Shown here: one piece after another, positions 28,842-38,601 of the stretch | Layout: each line of letters starts with the position of its first letter | Numbering within the stretch: the first letter of the stretch is position 1 | Assembly: GCA_963763635.1 (NCBI GenBank) | Contig: CAVXPO010000014.1 | Coordinates: 4,123 to 68,122 of the forward strand | Direction: 5' to 3' | Length of the DNA stretch: 64,000 bases | From: an uncultured Alphaproteobacteria bacterium | Lineage (GTDB): Bacteria > Pseudomonadota > Alphaproteobacteria > Rhizobiales > Aestuariivirgaceae | The notes under the pieces: generated by a model | Told to the model about the DNA's origin: nothing | Databases searched by the model: none | Seen by the model: only the letters and a program-made list of their open reading frames with translations | Made by a program: the position numbers and the translations under genes

Positions 28842-30344
28842 ATGGCATTGATGCAGCGCATGGATTTGCGTCAGGGCCAGTCCCTGGTGATGACGCCGCA
28901 ATTGCAGCAGGCCATCAAGCTGCTGCAAATGTCGAACATCGAATTGCAGGCCTACGTGGAAACCGAGCTTGAGCGCAATCCGCTGCTGGAGCGCGATGAG
29001 CGCAATGAAACAACCAATGTGGAAACGCCGGAAGCGCCTGCCAGTGACATGGTCACGGCACTTGGCGCCAATGAATCCCAGGAAGACCGTCTGCGCACCC
29101 TCGATACGGATCTCGATAATGTCTACACCCATGAGGCGCGCGCCGATGCAAGCAATCGCGAAAGCCTTGGCCCAACTGATTCAGGCTGGGCATCTCTTCG
29201 CCCGGCGGGCGGCATTTCACTGGACAGCGAAGATTATGATTTCAGTGCCTCGCTCACCAAGACGCAAACGCTGGCCGAACACCTGACCGATCAATTGAAT
29301 CTCAATATTGTGGCGCCAGCCGACCGTATCATTGGCCAAAACCTTATTGGCATGGTGAATGAGGCGGGTTATCTGACATCCAACCCGGCTGACATCGCGG
29401 CCTACCTTGGCACCACGGAAGACCATGTGGCGCGCGTTCTGCAAACTCTTAAGACTTTCGACCCCGTCGGTGTTTTCGCCGCTGATCTGGCGGAGTGCCT
29501 GACACTGCAGTTGCGCGAAAAAAACCGCCTCGACCCTGCCATGGCAATATTGGTTGCCAATTTGGGTCTTGTGGCCAAGCGCGATTTCATGGCGCTAAAA
29601 AATCTCTGCAAGCTTGACCTTGATGACATCAAGGAAATGATCGCCGAGTTGAAACATCTCAATCCGAAACCGGGCAATGCTTTTGGGTCCGAGCCGGTGC
29701 AGCCTGTGGTGCCGGATATTTTCGTACGCGCCGCCCAGGATGGTTCGTGGCTGGTTGAGCTCAATAGTGAAACGTTGCCCCGCGTGCTGTTCAGCAACCA
29801 GTATTTGAGCAAGGTGTCGCGCACCGCTTCGCGTGAGGCAGACAAAAACTATCTCAATGAATGCCAAGCCAATGCCACATGGCTGATCAAGAGTCTGGAT
29901 CAGCGCGCCAAGACAATTTTGAAAGTGGCGCGCGAAATTGTGCGCCAGCAAGATGCCTTCCTGGTTCTGGGCGTGCAGCATTTGCGCCCGATCAACTTGA
30001 AAACGGTGGCAGAGGCCATCGAAATGCACGAATCAACCGTAAGTCGTGTGACCTCTAACAAGTATATGGCAACGCCCCGCGGAACCTATGAACTGAAATA
30101 TTTTTTTACCACAGCCATCGCCTCTTCAACGGCAGGTGGTGATAGCCACTCCGCTGAATCCGTGCGTCAGCGCATCAAGGACATGATCGGGCTGGAGAAC
30201 GCAAAAAGCATTCTTTCCGACGATGCAATTGTTGACAATCTAAAATCTGAAGGCATTGAAATTGCCCGCAGAACGGTCGCTAAATATCGAGAATCGCTGC
30301 ATATTCCTTCATCCATCCAGCGTCGCAGGATAGCCCGGTCATAA
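28842..30344 (+). CDS. rpoN: RNA polymerase sigma-54 factor
   Basis: MTPQLQQAIKLLQ, MHESTVSR and the RpoN box ARRTVAKYRE. Confidence 0.98.
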   Translation: MALMQRMDLRQGQSLVMTPQLQQAIKLLQMSNIELQAYVETELERNPLLERDERNETTNVETPEAPASDMVTALGANESQEDRLRTLDTDLDNVYTHEARADASNRESLGPTDSGWASLRPAGGISLDSEDYDFSASLTKTQTLAEHLTDQLNLNIVAPADRIIGQNLIGMVNEAGYLTSNPADIAAYLGTTEDHVARVLQTLKTFDPVGVFAADLAECLTLQLREKNRLDPAMAILVANLGLVAKRDFMALKNLCKLDLDDIKEMIAELKHLNPKPGNAFGSEPVQPVVPDIFVRAAQDGSWLVELNSETLPRVLFSNQYLSKVSRTASREADKNYLNECQANATWLIKSLDQRAKTILKVAREIVRQQDAFLVLGVQHLRPINLKTVAEAIEMHESTVSRVTSNKYMATPRGTYELKYFFTTAIASSTAGGDSHSAESVRQRIKDMIGLENAKSILSDDAIVDNLKSEGIEIARRTVAKYRESLHIPSSIQRRRIARS

Positions 30345-30357
30345 GCCCGCAAGCCAA

Positions 30358-30386
30358 TTGACTTGGCAGGGTGGCGCGGCTAGTTT
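30358..30386 (+). promoter_or_regulatory. Candidate sigma70 promoter for hpf
   Basis: TTGACT-N17-TAGTTT. Confidence 0.45.
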
Positions 30387-30446
30387 CCGCCGCGTTTTAG
30401 GGGATGGCACGCCGGCCACAATTTCCACAAGGTAATTCTCAAATCA

Positions 30447-30475
30447 GTTGACGTCAGCAATGCGCAAGCCCATGT
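30447..30475 (+). promoter_or_regulatory. Candidate RpoH (sigma32) promoter for hpf-ptsN
   Basis: GTTGAC-N16-CCCATGT, the same spacing as the Hsp20 promoter. Confidence 0.45.
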
Positions 30476-30514
30476 CTAATAAAGTAGGGATGGCGAAGAA
30501 GGACTTTCACAGCC

Positions 30515-31087
30515 ATGCAAATTAAAGTTACCGGCAAGAACCTCGATATTGGCGAGGCCCTCAGAGCCCATGTCACCGAACGCCTTCAGCAGTTTCGCGA
30601 AAAATACTTTGATGGCACCGTTCACGCCCATGTGACAATCGAAAAGCAGCGCTCAAGTTTCCAGGCGGACTGCAGTTTGCATTTGGCAACCGGGCTTGTC
30701 CTGCAGGCCCATGGCAGCGCCCAGGACGCGCACCCGAGTTTTGATGCGGCCGCCCAGCACCTCGAAAAGCAGTTGAAGCGTTACAAGCAGCGCCTCAAGG
30801 ACCATCACAAGGAACGCCGTGAACCGGTGCGCCAGTCGGAGGCCGCGAGCTATGTGATCCAGGCCGCCGATGACGAGGCTGAGGAAAACGGCGCGCTCAA
30901 TCCCGTCGTGATTGCTGAAAGCCTCACCAGCGTTCCTGAACTTTCAGTCGGCGAAGCCGTCATGCAGCTTGAAATTTCCAGCATCCCGTTTCTGCTGTTC
31001 CGGAATACAAACGGTGGCCAGACCAGTGTTGTCTATCGCCGCAGTGACGGCAACATCGGTTGGGTTGATCCTCGGCCTGCCGCTTGA
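30515..31087 (+). CDS. hpf: Ribosome hibernation promoting factor (long HPF)
   Basis: MQIKVTGKNLDIGEAL..LEKQLKRYK and a C-terminal VYRRSDGNIGWVDP. Confidence 0.95.
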   Translation: MQIKVTGKNLDIGEALRAHVTERLQQFREKYFDGTVHAHVTIEKQRSSFQADCSLHLATGLVLQAHGSAQDAHPSFDAAAQHLEKQLKRYKQRLKDHHKERREPVRQSEAASYVIQAADDEAEENGALNPVVIAESLTSVPELSVGEAVMQLEISSIPFLLFRNTNGGQTSVVYRRSDGNIGWVDPRPAA

Positions 31088-31103
31088 GTGAGGAGCTGCA
31101 TGA

Positions 31104-31574
31104 ATGACAGATCTCGCTGATATTATCGATGCCCGGGCTATTTTGCCAAGTGTCAAAGCCCAGGGAAAAAAGCAGTTGCTGCAGGAGCTTTCGCAGGCTT
31201 TCGCCAAGCTTGTCGCGATCGACCACCGCATTATTTTTGAAACGCTCTTCACGCGCGAGAAGCTTGGTTCCACCGGTATCGGGCAGGGCATTGCCATTCC
31301 GCACGGTAAACTTCCCACCATCAACCGCGTCTACGGTCTTTTTGCCCGATTGACCACGCCAATCGCCTACGACTCGCTGGATGGCCAGCCTGTCGATCTC
31401 GTATTTGTGCTGCTCGCGCCAGACCATGCGGGGGCTGATCATTTGAAAGCGCTGGCCCGTATTTCAAGATTGCTGCGGGAAAACGATACGATCGCAAAAC
31501 TGCGCGGCACAGATACGGCTGAAGGTCTCTATTCGATTTTGACCGAACCATCGGCGACAGCTTCGGCGGCTTAG
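31104..31574 (+). CDS. ptsN: PTS IIA-like nitrogen regulatory protein
   Basis: REKLGSTGIGQGIAIPHG and DHLKALARISR. Confidence 0.96.
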   Translation: MTDLADIIDARAILPSVKAQGKKQLLQELSQAFAKLVAIDHRIIFETLFTREKLGSTGIGQGIAIPHGKLPTINRVYGLFARLTTPIAYDSLDGQPVDLVFVLLAPDHAGADHLKALARISRLLRENDTIAKLRGTDTAEGLYSILTEPSATASAA

Positions 31575-31629
31575 TGCAAACTATCGCCACCAACTCATGC
31601 TCGGCAGCACTATCAGCTACGGCGTCGTG
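31571..31629 (-). pseudogene. Decayed copy of the DUF1150 gene 3' end (left island boundary)
   Basis: Hand alignment to 36990-37049 gives about 44/60 identity starting at the stop codon. It reads HDAVADSAAEHELVAI-SLH* versus RQAAAESAEEHELLAISLH*. Confidence 0.7.
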
Positions 31630-31790
31630 GGCTATGACAGCAGCACATCCAAATAACTCCTAGGATAATTAAATGCGCTGGCACCGTCATTCATATGACA
31701 AAAGATGAAACTGAAACTGCAAGACATGATCTGTTGGCTTACCGCCGATTTGATACAATGATGATGGTCTTAACGTTGAAAGAGTTGGTG

Positions 31791-32590
31791 CTACTTACCA
31801 AATGGTAGCCAAGTTTCCTGCGTACGTTTTCCTTGGACAATTTTTCCAACTATTGATTTTTTGGCTATTGAATAGACGAATCCAGCGTAGTGTTTACGCA
31901 TGCCAAGCATGGTCTTCACCTCGGCACAAATAGCTAAATAATGACCGCTTGGTGAGAGTTCAGATGATTGAATTTGATTCCGTGATGTCCCAATTGCCGA
32001 TGACAGCAATGGCTCAATTATGCGCCAACTGGTGGGGTGGTCAGCAGTGCGAAGATGTCCCTTCAGTTGTTCCAAAAGGGGAACCAGCATGGGAGGGTTT
32101 CCACTTGTATAATCAACGTGTATTGAAATGCCGGTCAAAGAGCATGTTCTGGTGTCTTCTGGATGCCAACGTTCACCGCTCCAAAGACAGACAATTCCTT
32201 CTCTTGGGGTGCAATAAGCCCCCGACGCGGCACGAAGTGCGTAGTTACTTATCATACGAGATTCTGAAATACTGCTACGCACAAAGTATTTTTTAAGCGC
32301 CTTTGTTTCGGAAACAGAGCAGGTCTCCAATTCTTTTGGCATGACCATTTGCTCGGTCACTGAGCACCTCTCCAAAACCCCTGGAGCGACTAGAGTCTTG
32401 GTGACGGCGCACCGTTCTCCTTCAGATTCTAAAAAGGTCTTTTTGCTAATAGGGCATTTAACAAATTCAGTTTTGTGACCAAGTACCCCTGAAAAATCCG
32501 AGGCTTGTTGTTCATCTGAACGATACATTTTGCCTGATACTTCACTTTTCGCTAACTCAGTAACAAGCACGTCGGCAGAGGTGAACGCAC
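31791..32590 (-). pseudogene. C-terminal part of the SNF2 helicase gene, separated by the IS
   Basis: Continues the 15-aa [C/S]xx[T/S] repeat register of the helicase end. Confidence 0.8.
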
Positions 32591-32629
32591 TGAACCGCAC
32601 CGGGATTGCCGGAGGCATTTTTGTTTAAG

Positions 32630-33561
32630 TTATGCTGCCATGGCTGGAAAGTCCAACATGTCGTAGTAACGCTGCTCGGCTTCGGCGGGCGGAATGTAGC
32701 CGATGGGTTCAAGCAGGCGGCGGTTGTTGAACCAGTCAACCCATGTGAGAGTTGCCAGTTCGACCTGTTCGAATGACTGCCATGACGAGCGGCGGTGAAT
32801 GACTTCGGCCTTGTAGAGACCATTGATCGTCTCGGCCAACGCATTATCGTAACTGTCACCCACGCTGCCCACTGAGGGTTCAATGCCGGCTTCAAGCAGC
32901 CGGTCGGTGTATTTGATCGAGACATATTGGCTGCCAAAATCAGAGTTGAGGTTCAGCCTTTTTCGATGTCCTCCTTTACTCATATTGGATTTCTTAGGTA
33001 CTTCGTTGAGGAAGTGCCTGCTCCAGTGCATCGAGCACAAAGCTGGCATGGGCAGTACGGCTTGCCTTCCAGCCGACGATGCGCCGGGCAAAGGCATCGA
33101 TGATGAAGGCGACATAAACGATCCCTGACCACGAAGCGACATAGGTGAAGTCCGACAGCCACAGCCGGTTCGGTGGTGACCCATGTAACTGTCGGATGAC
33201 GTGGTCATCCGGAAAAGCACACGTTTTGCCACTGAAAGTACATATTGACTTGTTTGCCGCGGATAACGCCGCGCAAACCCATGCCGCGCATCAACCGTTC
33301 CACCGTGCAGCGGGCAACGTCACGACTCTCGCGCTTGAGCTGGCGCCAGACCTTGCGCGCGCCATAGACCTCGAAGTTCTCAGCGAAGACGCGGGCGATC
33401 TCGGACTTCAAAATCTCATCCCGCTTCGCCCGAGCTGAAAGCTTCTCAGGCTCCGTGCGCTTGGCCACGTGGTCATGATAGGTGGAAGGGGCAATCGGCA
33501 GAACCCTGCAGATCGGCTCGACCCCATGAGACACACGATGATCATCAATGAAGCTGATCAT
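32630..33561 (-). pseudogene. IS3-family transposase OrfB, disrupted
   Basis: HTH_21 part (GVEPICRVL), a frameshift near 33240, LWLSDFTYV..ALEQAL then a stop, and finally SDFGSQYVS..SYDNALAETINGLYKAE in another frame. Confidence 0.9.
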
Positions 33562-33884
33562 TTTTTGAACGGGCGGTCGAGCTCCGCCTGGGCAAAATAT
33601 GCTGACGCCTTGCGCAGGATCTCATTGGCTTGCCGCAGCTCACGGTTCTCGCGTTCAAGCGCCTTCATGCGCTCTGCCATGTCAGTCGTCACACCGGCGC
33701 GTTTGCCGCTGTCGACTTCGACTCGCTTCAGCCAGCCATCCAACGATTGCGCCGTACAACCGATCTTGGCGGCAACCGATGTGATCGCAGCCCATCTCGA
33801 TGTGTGTTCATGCTCATGCTCCAGAACCAGGCGAACCGCCCGCTCCCGGACTTCAGGTGAAAACCTGTTCTTTGTATTGCTCAT
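33558..33884 (-). CDS. IS3-family transposase OrfA
   Basis: [45 protein letters not shown], with an A6 slippery site at the orfA/orfB overlap. Confidence 0.92.
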   Translation of the reverse strand: MSNTKNRFSPEVRERAVRLVLEHEHEHTSRWAAITSVAAKIGCTAQSLDGWLKRVEVDSGKRAGVTTDMAERMKALERENRELRQANEILRKASAYFAQAELDRPFKK

Positions 33885-33937
33885 CGTGGCTCCTCTTTCT
33901 CAAGATTAGGAGCCTCCGGCAATCCCGGTGCGGTTCA

Positions 33938-36709
33938 ATCTGGCAAAGCAAGGCGGGCCGAGAAGTCGGATTTTGCAAGTCGATCCTTAATAGCCCAGGA
34001 ACCAGTAATTTCACATTCCGCAAGGCAATCCACAGGAACAATTGAGCCAGTGATTTCACACTTCTCCAAGTCAGGTTCACTGACAATTTCGCCGGTGGAA
34101 GGAAGAATCTGCACCTCACTGTTGTAGATGGCTGGCGATCCAAGTGTGTAAGCTATCCGAACGGACACAATTCTGTGCACAGAGCCATTTAGCCCCACCA
34201 GCGTGGGTTCAAGTCGAGGCGTAAATTCGTCCTCTAAGCGCTTCCGCTTCCGTTCGTCATCCCCGGCAGCGTTTACTTCGTCAACCATTCTCTCGGAATA
34301 GAAACGACAAAATTCCTCTATAGCAGGATCAAGCTTCGCGGCCGATAGTAGCTTGTTGGCATCAATACCTACGTTAGTTGGATTTTCGATTGTCGATTTT
34401 ATATCCTCGGGATTTGAGCCCTTCAAATAATGGTTATGATCGAGCGGATTGCATTGAAGTGGCATGAGACGCTCATAGGCATCATGGGCGACCGTCGCCC
34501 TAATTCTCACTAAGGCAGTTCCATCGAAATGAATGGAAGTGCCTTCTGTATCAGTAGACTTCGCAATACCACCAAAACGCTTTACCCAATTGCGAGCTTG
34601 TATATGTGATGTCACATTTGGCTCGGCATCGAGATCAATAATTCTCTGCAAACTTGAGGCCGTCAGCCTGCTCGCTAAACGATCAAAAGCCGGACTCCCA
34701 GCGCGATAGTCTATGTATTGGACATTGGCAGGTGGCGTAAGATCACCAACAAGAATTACTTCGTGCCTCCGCTCTATCCCACAAAGATATGTTCCGTCAG
34801 GTCGCTTTTGGAGCTGTCCACCCAATGATTGTAATCCCTGAATCGCAAAAGCGGCCGCGTCCATCGAACGTTCAATTGGAGGTAAATGGGGAGCTTTTGG
34901 ACTTGACACTCCAGCGTCGCCCATTGCACCGAGTAGTGAGTTAATATTTTTTTCTTCTTGCTCCAAAGTCGCTTTTGCATTTTCAATGCTTTTGACCTCG
35001 AGTTCTGTTGCTCGCTTAACATCCTTTCCGGCCAGTGAATCCAAAACGAGTTTCCGAATTTTCTCCTCCAAACCACCCACGCCTTCATCTTCATCTCCAA
35101 TATTGGCAGCTTCAAGAAGAGCTTCAATGTCCCCGATAGCGTGGGAAGCCATTTGTAGTTTCTGCATCAGTCTACCGACGATATATTCTTCAAATGTACC
35201 AGCCAAAATAATATTGTAGATGGCGACGGTAGCGTGTTCGGAGCCCAATCGTTGAATTCTGCCAATTCGCTGTTCAACGATCATCGGATTCCATGGCAGG
35301 TCGAAATTAATGAGTATGTTTGCCGCCTGTAAGTTCACACCTTCCGAACCCGCTTCTGTTGAGACAATTACGTGCAGTTCTGGCGGCGATGCTTTAAACT
35401 TTGAAATCGTCTCTTGATTGCGTCCACCGGAGGTTCCGTTGATTGTTCCAACCTTTATGCCCTGGGAGAGTAGGTAGTCCTCAATCGTCGTTTGTGTCTC
35501 TCGACGTCCCGTGAATACAACAAGCCTCCAATCTTTAGGACGATCAGCACGCAATTGCTTAACCAGAGCCGCAAGGCCAGTAAGCTTGGCGCTTGCCCCC
35601 ATCGATTGGACAAGATTGCGCACATCGTTCGCCAACGGCTGAGGAACTGTAGCATTTCGTGCCATATTCTGTAGTTGAGCTGATAGCGCATGAGGACTAC
35701 TGGTAAGCCCCTGCAGGATTGAAATTTGGGCAAGTATGCCAAGTTTTTGAATTGGCCCCTTGATAATTTCAATAAGCCGTAGTTCGTCGGCAGTAGGTTG
35801 AACGCGATGCAGAAGGACACTTCGCTCGGGAAAGCTGAGATTGGCGTCGCCACGCCTAATGCGCGACATATAACTATAGATTATTGATCGAAATTGATCA
35901 CACATCTCTGTGCGGAGCTGGCGAGCATCAGTTTGTTTATCAGCAATATAGTTCCGAGCGAACATACCCGGCGTTCCAAAAGGGTTTTCGTGACCCCGTG
36001 CCACCGTTAGAAGATCAACAAGGGAATAGAGATCCCAAAGTCGATTCTGAATTGGCGTAGCCGTAAGCATCAATACATATTTAAAGAAACGATCGGTTAA
36101 TACTTTTTGAAAAACTCTTGCGACCATTGGAACCGACGCAACCCCGTAAAGATTTCTAAGTTTATGGGCTTCATCCAATATGAGCATTTGATACCGGTCT
36201 TCGGGTATTTGAGAGAGGTATAGACGTGCGGAATTATATGTCGTGATTATTGCACCCCGGTCGCCCTGTGGTTTTGCTTTAATCAAGTCCTTGCCCGTGA
36301 CAACGTCAGCAGAAATATCAAATTTGCTTTCCAATTCCTCTTTCCACTGTGGGCCGAGAATTTTTGGACATACAACCAAAATGTTTGAAAGCCGCCTTCG
36401 TGCCATTAGCTCACTGGCAATCAAACCGGCACTTATTGTCTTGCCTAGACCAACGTCATCAGCAAGCAATGTAACAGGGAGGCGACGACAGAAGGTAATA
36501 AGGTTTGTAGTTTGATGCTCGTATGGCTTGACCAAACTTCGCCATTTTTGCTCAGATTTGAGGTCTTCTGGGCCATCGATAACTATCGGATCGTCAAGTG
36601 ACCATTCCAAAGCGGCCTGATAGAGTGTGTACTCTTCATCAGTTTTTGCACGTCTAAGTGACGCGTATTTCAGCTTTTGTTCGGAAGAATCCCGCAATTT
36701 GTAGTCCAT
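33938..36709 (-). pseudogene. SNF2/RapA-like helicase-ATPase with a long C-terminal extension, interrupted by the IS3 element
   Basis: LADDVGLGKT, LDEAH, LTATPIQN, STEAGSEGVNLQ, and FDLPWNP..EQRIGRIQR. The frame runs into the IS end. The start at 36709 is tentative (the ORF is open to 36853). Confidence 0.9.
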
Positions 36710-36805
36710 ATGAGTACGTATAAGCGTATATGAAGAACTCCCTTTTCCGCAAGGTTTTTGGATTCTTCTAAGTTTGATGTACTCGGCTAATTGGGGGGTA
36801 CGGTG

Positions 36806-36843
36806 ACAATAATCCCGCGCTTGTACAATAATCCCGCGCTTGT
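36806..36843. repeat. Perfect 19-bp tandem duplication
   Basis: ACAATAATCCCGCGCTTGT repeated twice. Confidence 0.9.
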
Positions 36844-36942
36844 GTTGTACCATGGCCGCAGCCCATCAGATTTTAGCGATGTTCCTGTCTCAAGGAACAC
36901 TTGCGCCCACGAAGCGATACTTACAATTTTGGAGGATGCTTA

Positions 36943-36971
36943 AATATAGCCCATCCACCGCACGGTGTCAA
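36943..36971 (-). promoter_or_regulatory. Near-consensus sigma70 promoter for the helicase
   Basis: TTGACA-N17-TATATT on the minus strand. Confidence 0.65.
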
Positions 36972-36989
36972 GCATTAAATTCCTAGACC

Positions 36990-37238
36990 TTAGTGCAGGC
37001 TGATCGCCAGCAATTCATGCTCTTCTGCGCTTTCAGCGGCCGCCTGGCGGGTTCCCGAAATTGAAATCGGCGAACCGTTGGCGTTAAACAGGCAGAACAG
37101 TTTTGCGTCTGGTGAAACCTGGGCTTGCGCCCCCACCATGCGGATAATGTCGCGGCCTTCAACTTCGCGGATGTAGGACAACGCCCCATTGCCAAGCTGG
37201 GCCAGCTCTTCGACACTGACGTGCAATTCCTTGTTCAT
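36990..37238 (-). CDS. DUF1150 family protein
   Basis: LAQLG.G.LSYIREV..LFCLFNANGSPI..HEL..ISLH, directly downstream of the Hsp20 gene. Confidence 0.8.
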   Translation of the reverse strand: MNKELHVSVEELAQLGNGALSYIREVEGRDIIRMVGAQAQVSPDAKLFCLFNANGSPISISGTRQAAAESAEEHELLAISLH

Positions 37239-37243
37239 AAAAC

Positions 37244-37666
37244 TTACTCCTTAATCTCTATACGGCGGATAATGCTGTTTGGTTCCGGCCTTCTGAGATT
37301 GATCATCAAAAGTCCGTTCACAAGCCTGGCATCAACCACATCCATTCCATCAACCAGGACAAAGGCGCGCGCAAAATGGCGGCCCGCAATGCCCCGGTAC
37401 AAAAATTCCTTGCTGCCTTCCTCCTTGGAACGCCCGCGTATGTTCAATTGGTTGTCTTCGACCGTTATTTCAAGGTCCGACCCGGTAAAGCCCGCCACCG
37501 CAATGGTAATCCGCAATATTTCGGGGCCGCCTTCGGCAGGGGTCAAACGCTCGATGTTATAGGGTGGATAGCCTTCGCCGGAGGTTTTGGCGGCCCGCTC
37601 CAGCAGGCGCTCCACATCCTCAAAGCCCAACAACAGCGGCGACGAAAATACCGAAATTCTGCTCAT
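37244..37666 (-). CDS. Small heat-shock protein (Hsp20/IbpA family)
   Basis: SSPLLLGF, YPPYNIE, IAVAGF, FLYRGIAGRHF and NGLL. Confidence 0.95.
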   Translation of the reverse strand: MSRISVFSSPLLLGFEDVERLLERAAKTSGEGYPPYNIERLTPAEGGPEILRITIAVAGFTGSDLEITVEDNQLNIRGRSKEEGSKEFLYRGIAGRHFARAFVLVDGMDVVDARLVNGLLMINLRRPEPNSIIRRIEIKE

Positions 37667-37731
37667 CTCAATGCCCCGGTCAAAGCGGCGATTTTCCCCG
37701 CGGCCCATCTGGCACCGCGGCTCGAAAGCTA

Positions 37732-37760
37732 ATATGAGAAAGCTAACGGATTGTTTCAAG
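37732..37760 (-). promoter_or_regulatory. RpoH (sigma32)-type promoter for Hsp20-DUF1150
   Basis: CTTGAA-N16-CTCATAT on the minus strand. Confidence 0.65.
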
Positions 37761-37762
37761 GG

Positions 37763-38515
37763 ATGGCGAAGGTGTGGACGGGCAAGACAGTCCTGATCGT
37801 GGGCGGCGCAGGCGGCATGGGCCGGGCGACGGCGGAAGAGTTTGCCAAAGCGGGCGCGAACATCGCAATTGCTGACATCAGCATCGACCGTTTGCCATCG
37901 CGATACTTTGCCATCCAAGGCGACATCACGCGGATTGCCGATTGCGAAGACATGATTGCAAAAACGGTCAGGCGCTTCGGCGGGTTGGATGTTTTGATTA
38001 ACGCGGCAGGCGTGTGGGTTGAAGGAGCAAGCGCTGACATGACCGAAGCCCAGTGGGACCGCACCATTGACATTAATCTCAAAGGCACATTCTTTGCGTG
38101 CCGCTATGCCATTCCCGAACTGGAAAAAACCGAAGGCCAGATCATCAACATCGCATCCGACGCAGGCCTCATGGGAAATGCCGGTGCGGCTATTTATTGC
38201 GCTTCCAAGGGCGGCGTGGTGCTGCTTACCAAGGCGCTGGCATTGGAACTCGCGCCCAAAGGCATTCGTATCAACGCCATATGCCCCTGCGATGTTGAAA
38301 CGCCGATGCTGGAATTCCAGGCGGAAAAATTTGGGCAAGGCAAACCCGAAGAATATTTGGCGAAACTCAAATCCATCTATCCCCAGGGCAAGCGCCAGCG
38401 CTTTGCAAAACCTGCCGAAATCGCGGCCTTTATTTTCGCCATTGCCTCACCAGATTTGGCGCCGATAACCGGTGCAGCCTTGGCCATTGATTTTGGGACA
38501 ACCGCCGGAAGATGA
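37763..38515 (+). CDS. Short-chain dehydrogenase/reductase
   Basis: GGAGGMG, INAAG, and YCASK catalytic motif. Confidence 0.93.
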   Translation: MAKVWTGKTVLIVGGAGGMGRATAEEFAKAGANIAIADISIDRLPSRYFAIQGDITRIADCEDMIAKTVRRFGGLDVLINAAGVWVEGASADMTEAQWDRTIDINLKGTFFACRYAIPELEKTEGQIINIASDAGLMGNAGAAIYCASKGGVVLLTKALALELAPKGIRINAICPCDVETPMLEFQAEKFGQGKPEEYLAKLKSIYPQGKRQRFAKPAEIAAFIFAIASPDLAPITGAALAIDFGTTAGR

Positions 38516-38601
38516 TGGTTCCCCACTTGCAAATGACAGGGATTTAGCGTCAATTGGGCCAAGGCTTGATCAGCCAGTCAAAAAAATCAGGGAGACATTA
38601 T

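Larger units (their letters stand above)
32591..33937 (-). mobile_element. IS3-family insertion sequence, decayed transposase, perfect 26-bp terminal IRs
   Basis: TGAACCGCACCGGGATTGCCGGAGGC at 32591-32616 and its reverse complement at 33912-33937. orfA, orfB and rve motifs are present. Confidence 0.95.

Noticed and set aside
31949-32296. 115-aa plus-strand ORF in the island
   Set aside because: It is antisense to the helicase C-terminal repeat region and has no motif or SD.
37667-37730. ROSE thermometer in the Hsp20 leader
   Set aside because: No U(U/C)GCU motif paired to a clear SD is present, and an RpoH-type promoter explains heat control.
37244-38338. 364-aa ORF apparently extending Hsp20 at the N-terminus
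   Set aside because: The extension is the antisense shadow of the SDR gene. Hsp20 homology starts at 37666, below an RpoH-type promoter.
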